This document shows, piece by piece, positions 47,535 through 57,782 of a stretch of DNA of 64,000 nt. The notes under the pieces were generated by a model. That model searched no databases. It saw only the letters and a list, made by a program, of their open reading frames with translations, and was not told the origin of the DNA. Position 1 is the stretch's first letter, and each line of letters begins with the position of its first letter. The translations under genes and the position numbers were made by a program. Origin of the DNA: Bacteroidota bacterium (GTDB lineage: Bacteria > Bacteroidota > Bacteroidia > Palsa-965); NCBI GenBank assembly GCA_013289095.1, contig JABDAO010000003.1, positions 1,690 through 65,689 on the forward strand, given 5' to 3'.

Positions 47535-47733
47535 GGCCATTTGAAGTAAAAAAAAGGGGAAATAGCCTGAAATACGCCAAAAAAAACATCGAAATGATGG
47601 GAACGAATCTCTTCTTTCAAAATTCGTACTTTTGGGACAATAAAATAAAGCAGGCAGCGTTGATTAATGGATACAACTTACGAAGGCTGCAAAACAGCTA
47701 AATTAGTTCAATCACTAAAAAAAACAAGAAGCC

Positions 47734-48354
47734 ATGAACTTTTCATCTAAACTCATAGAGGAAGCAGTTTCTGAGTTTTCAGCGCTGCCGGGTGTAGGCC
47801 GCAAAACTGCGTTGCGTTTTGTGCTGCATCTTTTAAAAAAAGACAAACACGAAGTCGAGGCCTTTGGGATGGCCTTCATCAAGCTCAGAAACGAACTTAA
47901 ATTTTGTGCCCACTGTCACAACGTTTCGGATACCGAAGTCTGCGAAATCTGTGCCAACCCCAACCGTGATCATTCTACCCTGTGTGTAGTCGAAGACATC
48001 CGGGATGTGATGGCCATAGAGAGTACCGGTCAGTTCAGGGGGGTGTATCATGTCCTGGGAGGGATCATTTCGCCCATGGATGGCATCGGCCCTACTGATC
48101 TGCAAATCGAAAGTCTGGTACACAAGACCAAAGAAGGCGCTGTGAAAGAAGTGATCATGGCCCTGAGCACCACCATGGAAGGCGACACCACGAATTTCTA
48201 CATTTACAAACGGCTCAAAGACCAGGTCCTGCGCATCTCTACCATTGCCCGGGGTATTGCCATTGGCGATGAGCTAGAATATGCCGATGAAGTGACCCTG
48301 GGCCGTTCTATCATCAACCGGACTCCTTACGAAAATTCGCTCAGCGTTAAATGA
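47734..48354 (+). CDS. recR: Recombination protein RecR
   Basis: 206 aa. HhH ([11 protein letters not shown]), C4 zinc finger [18 protein letters not shown], Toprim block [14 protein letters not shown]. Confidence 0.95.
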   Translation: MNFSSKLIEEAVSEFSALPGVGRKTALRFVLHLLKKDKHEVEAFGMAFIKLRNELKFCAHCHNVSDTEVCEICANPNRDHSTLCVVEDIRDVMAIESTGQFRGVYHVLGGIISPMDGIGPTDLQIESLVHKTKEGAVKEVIMALSTTMEGDTTNFYIYKRLKDQVLRISTIARGIAIGDELEYADEVTLGRSIINRTPYENSLSVK

Positions 48355-48388
48355 CCGTTCTCACCTCCCGATTTGCCGTTTTTAGCCG

Positions 48389-50353
48389 ATGACCCTTAGC
48401 ATAATCATCGTCAATTACAACGTTGAGCATTTTCTGGAACAATGCCTGCATTCGGTATTCAAGGCATTGAAAGAAACCCGTGCCGAGGTGTTTGTGGTCG
48501 ACAACAACTCGGTGGATGGGTCTCTGCACATGATCCGCGAAAAGTTCAAGCAGGTAAAGCTCATCGAAAACAAAAAGAATACCGGTTTCTCGTTTGCAAA
48601 CAACCAGGCCATGAGGCTTGCAACGGGCAACTATGTGCTCCTGCTCAACCCCGATACGCTTGTTGAAGAAGACACCTTCGATAAAATCATTGCCTTTATG
48701 GACAGCCACCCCCAGGCAGGAGGGCTTGGCGTACAGATGCTCGACGGGAAAGGCAATTTCCTGCCCGAATCCAAACGAGGCCTCCCTACCCCACTCGTAG
48801 CGTTCTGCAAGATCTTCGGGTTGGCCCGTTTGTTTCCACGTTCAACGCTTTTCGGACGTTATCATCTGGGGTTTCTGGACAAGAACAAAATCAATGAGGT
48901 AGAAATCCTTTCGGGGGCCTTCATGCTCATGCGCAAGGAAGCCCTCGATAAAGTAGGTTTGCTGGATGAAAGCTTTTTTATGTACGGCGAAGACATAGAC
49001 CTGAGCTACCGCATCCTCAAAGGAGGGTACAAGAATTATTATTTTCCGGAAACACGCATCATCCATTATAAAGGAGAAAGCACCAAGAAATCGAGCGTCA
49101 ACTACGTGTTTGTGTTTTACAATGCCATGATCATCTTTGCACGCAAACATTTCAGCAACCAGAATGCAAAAACGGTAACCCTGCTCATTACCATGGCCAT
49201 TTACCTGCGTGCCGCCACGGCATTGGTAAGCCGCTTTGCACGAAAAATCGCCTTTCCCCTGGTTGATACCGTATGTGTGCTCATCGGGTTGTTTATCCTC
49301 AAAGATTATTACAGTGTCCACATCAAATACGGGGAAGGCAATTACTATCAGTTCCGCCTTGTGGTGGTAGCCATTCCGGCGTATGTCTTTATCTGGTTGT
49401 CGAGCATTTTTCTGAGCGGAGGGTATGACAAACCTGTAAACCTGTGGAAGCTTATCCGGGGCATCGTGGTAGGCACCGGCATTATCCTGATTATTTACTC
49501 GCTCCTGCCCGAGATCTATCGTTTTTCGAGGGCGCTTATCTTGCTGGGAGCTGTATGGACACTGGTCATGCTCTCTGTGATCCGTTTGCTATACAACCTG
49601 GTTGTACACAAACGTCTTTCCTTCGAAAATTCAACGCTTCGCCGGATCGTCATTATCGGCGAGCCGGCCGAATGCAATCGGGTGAACCAACTTCTCCAGC
49701 AAACCTCTGTCAATACTGGTTTTGTTGGCTATGTAGGCACGAACGGACATGTAGATGATGACACCAACTACGTAGGCCGTTTCGAACAGCTCCGCGAAGT
49801 CATTGCCATTTATAAGATCGATGAGGTGATTTTTTGCGCCAGGGATCTGAGTTCACAAAAAATTATCGATCAGATGCTCGACCTCGGCCCGGGCGAAACC
49901 GATTTCAAGATTGCTCCCCCCGAAAGTTTTTCGATCATCGGTAGTAACTCTATTGATACCGCAGGCGATCTGTACGTGATCGATATCAATTCTGTAACGA
50001 AGGCTGTGAACAGGCGCAAAAAACGAGTGCTCGATCTGATGCTTTGTTTTGCCATGCTCGGTCTGTCCCCTCTTCTGGTGTTTATACAAAAACATCCCCT
50101 GGGATGGATCCGAAACAGTTTCAGTGTTTTTTTTGGAAGTAAATCATGGGTGGGATATGCCATTCAGGCAAAGAAAACCGACCGGAAAGTGCCTTCCATA
50201 CGCAAAGGAGTACTGAACCCGGCCTCTATCTTCCGCCAGCGCGAACCCGATGCCGAGACACTAAGCCGGCTGAATATGGTTTATGCCAAAGATTACCGGG
50301 CCAGGAATGATCTGCTGATCATCTGGAAGAACATCAGGCATCTGGGAGATTGA
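48389..50353 (+). CDS. GT2-family glycosyltransferase fused to a polytopic membrane / sugar-transferase-like C-terminal region
   Basis: 654 aa. N-terminal LSIIIVNYNVEHFLEQCL ... VVDNNSVDGS ... NTGFSFANN ... LLLNPDT (GT-A, DxD-type). Central TM block. C-terminal KRVLDLMLCFAMLGLSPLLVF resembles the entry helix of bacterial sugar transferases. Confidence 0.8.
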   Translation: MTLSIIIVNYNVEHFLEQCLHSVFKALKETRAEVFVVDNNSVDGSLHMIREKFKQVKLIENKKNTGFSFANNQAMRLATGNYVLLLNPDTLVEEDTFDKIIAFMDSHPQAGGLGVQMLDGKGNFLPESKRGLPTPLVAFCKIFGLARLFPRSTLFGRYHLGFLDKNKINEVEILSGAFMLMRKEALDKVGLLDESFFMYGEDIDLSYRILKGGYKNYYFPETRIIHYKGESTKKSSVNYVFVFYNAMIIFARKHFSNQNAKTVTLLITMAIYLRAATALVSRFARKIAFPLVDTVCVLIGLFILKDYYSVHIKYGEGNYYQFRLVVVAIPAYVFIWLSSIFLSGGYDKPVNLWKLIRGIVVGTGIILIIYSLLPEIYRFSRALILLGAVWTLVMLSVIRLLYNLVVHKRLSFENSTLRRIVIIGEPAECNRVNQLLQQTSVNTGFVGYVGTNGHVDDDTNYVGRFEQLREVIAIYKIDEVIFCARDLSSQKIIDQMLDLGPGETDFKIAPPESFSIIGSNSIDTAGDLYVIDINSVTKAVNRRKKRVLDLMLCFAMLGLSPLLVFIQKHPLGWIRNSFSVFFGSKSWVGYAIQAKKTDRKVPSIRKGVLNPASIFRQREPDAETLSRLNMVYAKDYRARNDLLIIWKNIRHLGD

Positions 50354-50386
50354 AAACACTCCGCTACCGTATTCAGCATGGATCAC

Positions 50387-51598
50387 CTATTTCAAAAACT
50401 CCACCTCCACCCGGCGGTTCAGTTGTCGGCCTTCTTCGGTAATATTGGGAGCAATCGGTTGGCTTTGACCCAGGCCCGTGTAAACAATCCGCTCTGCACC
50501 AATGCCTTTTGATAGGAGGTAATCACGAACCGCTTTGGCACGGGCTGCCGAGAGCATACGGTTATGTTCTTCGGTGCCTTGATTATCGGTATGTCCGTTG
50601 ATCCGGATCCGGAGTTGTCGTGTCGAAAGAAATGCATACAACTTATCAAGCTCCGTATCCGACTCAGGTAAAAGAATGGATTTGTCGGTATCGAAATAAA
50701 TATTTTTCAGTACCAGAGGCTTGTCTACATCATAACTCGTGTCGGAGTGTGATCTGGATAAGCTTGTATCGGGTAACGGAGAACCGACAGGTGCAACAGC
50801 CAAAGGGCCAAAATCAAGGATACACGCAGTATTGCCGGCCTGACCGGTAGTGTTTGAAACCCCGGTATCATCACGTTCGGCCTGACCGGTAATGTCTGAA
50901 ACGCCAACATCATCGAGGTAGTAATATGCCTCTGGCAAGGGCATAAGCGCATTACCCGGTTCATACTCCGCTCGTTTAATGGGTGTAGTATGCGTATGCT
51001 TGTCGGTATGAAAATTACCGATGGTCATAAACCGCTCGCCGCCCTCGGCTACAAAGATCCAGCTTATTTCCTGCCAACCCAGCTCGTTGGTAATGGGTGT
51101 TTCACTTTGATAACTGAGCTGGGGTGTTTGTTCCATGCATTTATCCACATCGCTCTTCACCACAAAACGGCTGAAAAGCACATCTATATTAGAAACTGCA
51201 TAGAGAGAAGTCTGTGCAAGGCTAACGTGCAGCTGTACACAATACCGATGACCTTTGCTGAGCCGTTCTTTAAGCGGCACTTCGAGGTATTCGCGGTAAT
51301 CGCCCATTTTATGTTCGTGCAGAAAACAGATGATGCCTGCATACCCATTTCCGGTGCGTGGTTCATGTACCCCGAGCATGTTCGACGGAACGCCGCACAC
51401 TTTTCGTCCGCACCGGTTGTAATAATCGGCGCTGCCAACCCCAGGTTGAAACCAATCGTTCAGTCCTTCGAGTTTTGTTTGGGTAATGATACGGGGGCAT
51501 TCGGAGTATTCTTCAAAACTTGGATTTGGAACCAGATTTTGACCGAGGGCAGTGAGTGTCAGCATCACAAAAAAGAGGATCAACCGGGGTTTCATCAT
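50387..51598 (-). CDS. OmpA-family (peptidoglycan-binding) protein
   Basis: 403 aa with a signal peptide. C-terminal OmpA_C block IYFDTDKSILLPES ... INGHTDNQGTEEHNRMLSAARAKAV ... NRRVEVEFL. Confidence 0.85.
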   Translation of the reverse strand: MMKPRLILFFVMLTLTALGQNLVPNPSFEEYSECPRIITQTKLEGLNDWFQPGVGSADYYNRCGRKVCGVPSNMLGVHEPRTGNGYAGIICFLHEHKMGDYREYLEVPLKERLSKGHRYCVQLHVSLAQTSLYAVSNIDVLFSRFVVKSDVDKCMEQTPQLSYQSETPITNELGWQEISWIFVAEGGERFMTIGNFHTDKHTHTTPIKRAEYEPGNALMPLPEAYYYLDDVGVSDITGQAERDDTGVSNTTGQAGNTACILDFGPLAVAPVGSPLPDTSLSRSHSDTSYDVDKPLVLKNIYFDTDKSILLPESDTELDKLYAFLSTRQLRIRINGHTDNQGTEEHNRMLSAARAKAVRDYLLSKGIGAERIVYTGLGQSQPIAPNITEEGRQLNRRVEVEFLK

Positions 51599-51852
51599 AG
51601 GTCACGGTATCGTTGTTTGTCAAAAGTACTCATGAATCGGGGTCATTTTCTGGTATAAAGCAGGAAAAGCATCAAAATAGCAGTAAAAATCATCGAGAAC
51701 GCAGACCCAACAGGGGTTGTTTTTCAGAAATAATCCCCTATTTTTACACCTTGAAAATTGGAAGCAAGAAAACGAGTCGAATACCGATACCTTTTTTCAA
51801 AATCCATCTGCCCTGATAAGCAGCCAGAGCTCAAGCAAAAAAACAAAGCCGA

Positions 51853-53178
51853 ATGTCGCAGGTAGAACTGATCATGCCAAAAATGGGTGAAAGCGTTGCG
51901 GAAGCAACCATCATCAAATGGTTAAAAAAAGAAGGTGATAAAATAGCCATGGACGAGGCTGTTCTCGAAATAGCAACCGATAAGGTTGATTCCGAAATCC
52001 CATCTCCTCATGCCGGGTTTCTTTCAAAAATATTGTTTAAAGAAGGCGATGTGGTTCAAGTTGGTAAAGCCGTAGCCCTGATCAGCAGCGAAGCCGGTGC
52101 AGGCGGTTCAGACAAACCTACGGTTGCCCCGGTGCATGCTCATACTGCAACTTCTCCTGTACTCCAGGCGGCCCCCAAAAGCGGAACGGCTCTGAATACC
52201 GAGACTTTTAAGACGAGCGCTTCGGGCAGATTTTATTCTCCGCTTGTACGCAGCATTGCGCGTCAGGAAGGCATCAGTGTATCAGAGCTCGAAAGCATTG
52301 CCGGTTCAGGTCTGCATGGAAGAGTTACCAAAAACGATTTGCTGGCCTATCTGCCGATCAAGGGCAAGGCGGTGGAAGCGAAGAAAACGGAAGTTGCAGA
52401 AAAACCGGCCGTTACAACACCAAGCCAGAATGGGGCATCGCATACACGCCCGGCCATTGCCGTAAATGCCGGTGATGAGATCATTGAGATGGACCGCATG
52501 CGCAAACTCATAGCGGATCACATGGTCATGAGCAAACACACGTCTCCGCACGTCACCTCTTTTGTTGAAGCCGATGTAACCAACATGGTACTTTGGAGAG
52601 AAAAGAACAAAGCTGCGTTCGAAAAACGCGAAGGCGAAAAGCTCACCTACACCCCCATACTCATTGAAGCGCTGGTTAAAGCCATCCGTGATTTTCCGAT
52701 GATCAATATTTCGCTCGATGGCACCCGCATTATCAAACGCAAACAAATCAATATCGGGATGGCCACAGCCCTTCCCAGCGGGAATCTGATCGTACCTGTT
52801 ATAAAAAATGCGGATCTTTTAAATCTTACCGGTCTTACAAAATCGGTAAACGACCTGGCTTTCAGGGCAAGAAACAACAAACTCGTGCCCGATGATATCT
52901 CGGGAGGCACCTATACCATTTCGAATGTAGGCTCTTTTGGCAATGTGATGGGAACACCCATCATCAATCAGCCACAGGTAGCCATCATGGCAGTGGGCGT
53001 GATCAAGAAAAAACCGGCTGTTCTTGAAACACCATCGGGCGATGTAATCGCTATCCGGCATTTCATGTTCCTTTCTCATTCATACGATCACCGTGTGGTA
53101 GATGGTTCATTAGGAGGGCAGTTTGTAAGAAGGGTAGCCGATTATCTCGAACAATTTGACATCAACCGGGTATATTAA
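51853..53178 (+). CDS. 2-oxo-acid dehydrogenase complex E2 component (dihydrolipoamide acyltransferase)
   Basis: 441 aa. Lipoyl domain with LEIATDKVDSEIPSP, an Ala/Pro-rich linker, an E3-binding-like SPLVRSIARQEGI, and the catalytic SHSYDHRVVDG. Confidence 0.9.
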   Translation: MSQVELIMPKMGESVAEATIIKWLKKEGDKIAMDEAVLEIATDKVDSEIPSPHAGFLSKILFKEGDVVQVGKAVALISSEAGAGGSDKPTVAPVHAHTATSPVLQAAPKSGTALNTETFKTSASGRFYSPLVRSIARQEGISVSELESIAGSGLHGRVTKNDLLAYLPIKGKAVEAKKTEVAEKPAVTTPSQNGASHTRPAIAVNAGDEIIEMDRMRKLIADHMVMSKHTSPHVTSFVEADVTNMVLWREKNKAAFEKREGEKLTYTPILIEALVKAIRDFPMINISLDGTRIIKRKQINIGMATALPSGNLIVPVIKNADLLNLTGLTKSVNDLAFRARNNKLVPDDISGGTYTISNVGSFGNVMGTPIINQPQVAIMAVGVIKKKPAVLETPSGDVIAIRHFMFLSHSYDHRVVDGSLGGQFVRRVADYLEQFDINRVY

Positions 53179-53240
53179 GGAATGATCCAGCAATCACCAT
53201 CCTCTGTTTTTTCAGACGCTAAACTCAATTAAAACAACTG

Positions 53241-55295
53241 ATGAAAAGAATCCTTACGTTCCTTCTCCTTTCCGCTCTTTCCACCAGCTTCTATTCACAG
53301 CAAAAAGAAAGCGAAGGCAGCCTGAAAAAAAGATTCGAAGAGTCTGAATCATCCTTCAACAACGATTTGTTCGTTAAAGCCATCCCCGGCTACAAGGCCG
53401 TAATGGAAGCCGATACGGGTAACTATAACGTATGTTACAAGCTGGGCGTATGTTACCTCAATTCGCCCAATGAAAAAGACCTGGCCCAGGGCTTTCTGGA
53501 AAAAGCGAGCAAACGTGTTTCGGCCAACTGTAACGAAGGGTTGTTTAAGGAAAAAAATGCCCCTGTCATCACCTGGTTCTACCTGGGAAAAGCACAGCAT
53601 TTTAATTCAAAGTTTGACGAAGCGCTGGCCTCTCTCGATAAATTCAGGACTTTTCTTGCGCCTACCGATGTAGAACTGCTAAAGCTTACCGATCAGACAA
53701 CCGCCTGGTGTAAAAATGCAAAGGATCTGGTTGCTGTTCCGGTAAAAATGAAAGTTGAAAACATCGGGCCTCAGGTAAACACTCAATACCCTGAATACTC
53801 ACCCGTGGTTACTGCCGATGAATCGCAGATGTTCTTCACGTCGCGTCGTCCAAACACCACCGGTGGCAAGATAGATTCACGCGACAATATGTATTTCGAA
53901 GATGTCTACTCCGCTACAAAGACTGACAGCGGATGGGGCAATGTCAAGAATGCCGGTGTTCCGATCAATACCAATGGCCATGATGCTACGATCGGGATCT
54001 CTGTTGACGGTCAAAAACTCTTCCTTTATCGCGATGATAATGGTGATGGAAATATTTATGAAAGTATTCTTTCGGGAGACAAATGGTCGGCCCCGGTTAA
54101 AATGAACGACTTTATCAATTCCTCCAAATGGGAAGGATCGGTCTGCGAAAGCGCTGACGGAACCCTGCTTTTCTATTCGAGTGAGCGTGAAGGAGGGCTG
54201 GGAGGGAAGGATATCTATTACAGCAGAAAATTGCCAAATGGGCAGTGGGGAAAAGCCATTAATATGGGGCCAAACGTAAATACGCCTTACGATGAGGATG
54301 CACCATTTATCCACCCCGATGGAGTAACGCTTTATTTCAGTTCTCAAGGCCATTCGAGTATGGGAGGCTATGACATTTTCTATTGTACATTCAATGCCGA
54401 CAGTAACAAATGGTCAAAACCCGTCAATATGGGCTACCCTGTAAACACGACCGACGACGATATCTATTACTTCCCCACAGCCGATAATAAAAGAGCTTAT
54501 TATTCTTCCTTCCGCAAGGATGGTTATGGCGAAAAAGACATCTATATGCTTACCCTCCCCGAAAAAACAGAAGCTCCACTTGCCGTTTATACCGGCGAAA
54601 TTACCAGTTTGCTGGGTGGAGTTCCCGAAGGGTCGACCATCACGGTCAAGGATAACGCAACCGGAGAGGTGGTCGGGGTTTATACGCCAAACACCTCCAC
54701 CGGAAAGTATTTGTTTATCCTCCCTCCCGGCAAAAACTATAACATTGCCTATGAAGCGGAAGGGTATCTGTTTCAGTCCGAAAACCTCGATGTAACCGAC
54801 AGTGCGTCTTACAAGCTCATCAATCATGCTGTACAACTGAGCCCATTGCGTGTCGGCGAAAAGATAGCATTGAAGAACGTTTTCTTCTCCACCAATTCAT
54901 CAGTCCTGAAACCCGAATCGAAGGTGGAATTAGACAAATTGGTTGCCCTGATGAAAAAACACCCCAAGATAACGGTCCAGATCAACGGACATACCGATGC
55001 TGCGGGTTCGGACGAACTGAACCGGAAACTTTCGCAAGCCCGGGCTGAAGCAGTGGTTGAGTATTTAGTGAAAGAAGGGGGCATTACCGAAGACCGAATG
55101 AAAGCCGTTGGTTTTGGCCCTTCGGTTCCGATTGCCATTAACAAAAACAAAGATGGAACCTGGAACCATGCAGGTATGGCGCTTAACCGAAGGATTGAGT
55201 ATGAAATCCTGAGTCTGGATGGTAAAGTAGCAGGAAAAACCGACGAAATCGAAGTTCCCGATCCGCTGAAATTGAATAATGGGAAGGATAAGTAG
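53241..55295 (+). CDS. PorE-like T9SS-associated protein: TPR + TolB-like (PD40) beta-propeller + CarboxypepD_reg-like + OmpA_C
   Basis: 684 aa with a signal peptide. PD40-like repeats (YPEYSPVVTADESQMFFTSRR, DEDAPFIHPDGVTLYFSS). GSTITVKDNATGEVVG ... GKNYNIAYEAEGY (CRD-like). OmpA_C block INGHTDAAGSDELNRKLSQARAEAV ... NRRIEYEIL. Confidence 0.75.
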   Translation: MKRILTFLLLSALSTSFYSQQKESEGSLKKRFEESESSFNNDLFVKAIPGYKAVMEADTGNYNVCYKLGVCYLNSPNEKDLAQGFLEKASKRVSANCNEGLFKEKNAPVITWFYLGKAQHFNSKFDEALASLDKFRTFLAPTDVELLKLTDQTTAWCKNAKDLVAVPVKMKVENIGPQVNTQYPEYSPVVTADESQMFFTSRRPNTTGGKIDSRDNMYFEDVYSATKTDSGWGNVKNAGVPINTNGHDATIGISVDGQKLFLYRDDNGDGNIYESILSGDKWSAPVKMNDFINSSKWEGSVCESADGTLLFYSSEREGGLGGKDIYYSRKLPNGQWGKAINMGPNVNTPYDEDAPFIHPDGVTLYFSSQGHSSMGGYDIFYCTFNADSNKWSKPVNMGYPVNTTDDDIYYFPTADNKRAYYSSFRKDGYGEKDIYMLTLPEKTEAPLAVYTGEITSLLGGVPEGSTITVKDNATGEVVGVYTPNTSTGKYLFILPPGKNYNIAYEAEGYLFQSENLDVTDSASYKLINHAVQLSPLRVGEKIALKNVFFSTNSSVLKPESKVELDKLVALMKKHPKITVQINGHTDAAGSDELNRKLSQARAEAVVEYLVKEGGITEDRMKAVGFGPSVPIAINKNKDGTWNHAGMALNRRIEYEILSLDGKVAGKTDEIEVPDPLKLNNGKDK

Positions 55296-55514
55296 GGCAC
55301 AGAAGGGTAGAGTTGAGCTTAATTTTCAACGGTGAATCATCCTTTTGAGTCGAAACCCGAATAAAATTCTACCCTAAAAAGATTTTAGCCGGTCTCACAA
55401 AAAACACTACTTTTGTTCATCAATTTTATTCGCTTTATTCTACGAATTACACAAAATCATCGCTGAATCGATATTTTTGTCTGGTTTTCATCAAAGACAG
55501 TTAACGTCAAAACT

Positions 55515-57641
55515 ATGCCCTTTAAATTTTTACGAATTTGTATTGTTTTCTTCTGTTTTTCTATCCAACTGGTTTCTGCTCAGGATAAAGGATCATACCG
55601 TGAGAAATTCACCGAAGGTAACTATCTGATCATTGAAGAGAATTACACGCAGGCCCTCAAGGTCTTTCTGGAAGTCTATGACATCGATTCAAGCAGCGCC
55701 AATGTAAATTACAAATTAGGCTTCTGTTATATGAAATCTGTATCGGAGAAGAACAAGGCCATGCGCTATCTTGAAAAGGCCTGCCAAAATGTGGCTCACA
55801 ACTATACCGATCTTGAACCTCACGAAAAAAGGGCTCCCGAGAATGCCTATTACTTCCTGGCACAAGCCTATCATCTTAACTACCGCTTCGACGAAGCAAT
55901 CGAGTACTTTAACAAATTTAAAGCGATCATCGGCCCCAAGAACAAGGACATGAACCGCGACATTGATCACCGAATCCAGGTGTGTCAGTATGGAAAGGAA
56001 TATATGAGTACTCCGATCCCGGTGGATATCATCAACCTCGGGGATTCTGTCAATACCGCCTATCCAGAATATGCTCCTGTGATCACTGCCGATGAAAACA
56101 TGCTCATCTTTACCTCCAAACGACCCGGGAGCACCGGTGGAGAGATTGGCCCTGACGGGCAATACCCCGAAGATATTTATGTGTGCTATAAGAAACCAGA
56201 TGGAACCTGGACTTCAGCCCGGAGCATTGGCCCGAATATCAACACTTCCGGAAATGAAGCCTCCATTTCACTTACACCCGATGGCCAGGAGCTCTTTATT
56301 TACAAGGATGATAACGGAGGCGATATTTATACCAGCCATCTGGATGGAGACAATTGGAGTTACCCCGAACCCGTTGGGGGCGATGTCAATTCAAAGAACT
56401 GGGAAACACATGCCTGTATCACTTCCGATCTGAATACGCTTTATTTTGTAAGTGACCGGGCCGGAGGATTTGGTGGTCGTGACATCTACAAATGCGTAAA
56501 ACTTCCAAATGGTAAATGGTCAAAAGCTACCAACCTGGGCCCAACCATCAATACCGAATACGATGAAGACAGCCCTTGGATCCACCCGAACAAAGTAGAC
56601 CTTTTCTTTAGCTCACGTGGTCATAAAACCATGGGAGGCTTCGATATTTTCTTTTCAACCCTCAACCCCGATTCAAACAAATGGTCTGAGCCACAGAATA
56701 TGGGCTACCCCATCAATACCACCGATGACGATATCTTCTATTTTGGAACTCCGGATGGTAAACGAGCCTACTACTCTTCTGCCCGTACCGGTGGAAAAGG
56801 AGAAAAAGACATTTACATGATCAAGTTTCAGGAAAATGGCGTAAAGGAGAAACCTGTTGCACTCATCAAGGGTATCATTACTTCTGCCGATGGATCCGAA
56901 ATCCCAACCGACATTATGATAAACGCTGTAGACTCCTCGTCTATGGAGCAGGTATCCAGTACCAAACCCATACACCGTACCGGAAGCTATTCAATGATTC
57001 TGGAAACCGGCAAAACCTATTTCCTGAGTTATGTGGTCAACGGAAAAGTAACCGCAACAGATACCATCCGTGTCCCTGCAGGGGCCAATTATTCGCAGTA
57101 TGACAGACCTTTGCTTCTAAATGGAATGGTGCTGAGTGTGTCCGATGTTGACAAAAACAAGACCCCTGTTAAAGAACCAATAGATTCTGTAGCTGGAAAA
57201 AACATCAAACATACCGACAAAGAACATGTTGGAGAACCTAAAAACCAGATTACCTATAACAGCGGAACAGAATTCCGGATCTATTTCAGTTACAACCAAC
57301 ACAATATTGAGTTGACCAACCCTGATTTCACAAAGTTCATGGATTCTCTTGCCGCCATTGTTCAAACAAAAGGCAATGTGAAGTTGTTGCTGACCGGCTC
57401 ATCCTCAACCGTTCCTACCCCCGCCTTTGGTGGAAACACGGGCCTGTCTAAACACAGGGCCGATGACACCAGAGTCATCATCCTGGAGGCCATGAAACAA
57501 CGAGATATTGACAGCAGCAAGGTATCGTTTGCAAAGACGATATCGCTTGTTCAGGGCCCAGCCTACAAACGTGATGCTGAAAAGAACAAGGCAACTTACG
57601 AGAAGTACCAGTATGTGAGCGTAAAATTTGTCTCTAAGTAA
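55515..57641 (+). CDS. PorE-like paralogue 2 (TPR + PD40 propeller + CRD-like; divergent C-terminus without canonical OmpA_C motifs)
   Basis: 708 aa and collinear with 53241-55295 (YPEYAPVITADENMLIFTSKRP, DEDSPWIHPNKVDLFFSSRGHKTMGGFDIFF, KWSEPQNMGYPINTTDDDIFYF). The C-terminal 150 aa lack the NGHTD/NRR signature. Confidence 0.7.
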   Translation: MPFKFLRICIVFFCFSIQLVSAQDKGSYREKFTEGNYLIIEENYTQALKVFLEVYDIDSSSANVNYKLGFCYMKSVSEKNKAMRYLEKACQNVAHNYTDLEPHEKRAPENAYYFLAQAYHLNYRFDEAIEYFNKFKAIIGPKNKDMNRDIDHRIQVCQYGKEYMSTPIPVDIINLGDSVNTAYPEYAPVITADENMLIFTSKRPGSTGGEIGPDGQYPEDIYVCYKKPDGTWTSARSIGPNINTSGNEASISLTPDGQELFIYKDDNGGDIYTSHLDGDNWSYPEPVGGDVNSKNWETHACITSDLNTLYFVSDRAGGFGGRDIYKCVKLPNGKWSKATNLGPTINTEYDEDSPWIHPNKVDLFFSSRGHKTMGGFDIFFSTLNPDSNKWSEPQNMGYPINTTDDDIFYFGTPDGKRAYYSSARTGGKGEKDIYMIKFQENGVKEKPVALIKGIITSADGSEIPTDIMINAVDSSSMEQVSSTKPIHRTGSYSMILETGKTYFLSYVVNGKVTATDTIRVPAGANYSQYDRPLLLNGMVLSVSDVDKNKTPVKEPIDSVAGKNIKHTDKEHVGEPKNQITYNSGTEFRIYFSYNQHNIELTNPDFTKFMDSLAAIVQTKGNVKLLLTGSSSTVPTPAFGGNTGLSKHRADDTRVIILEAMKQRDIDSSKVSFAKTISLVQGPAYKRDAEKNKATYEKYQYVSVKFVSK

Positions 57642-57660
57642 ATTGGTACCAATAACAGGA

Positions 57661-57694
57661 AAACCTCATGCATGCAAATTGCATGAGGTTTTTT
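57661..57694 (+). terminator. Rho-independent terminator after PorE-like paralogue 2
   Basis: 12-bp stem aaacctcatgca / tgcatgaggttt with a 7-nt loop, followed by a T-run. Confidence 0.7.
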
Positions 57695-57782
57695 GATATA
57701 AAGGCCCTATCACCGCGCTTTACAGCAAACTATTTTGTACCTTGGCGCTCCAAATAGTACAGACTCAGGAATCAACTATTCA

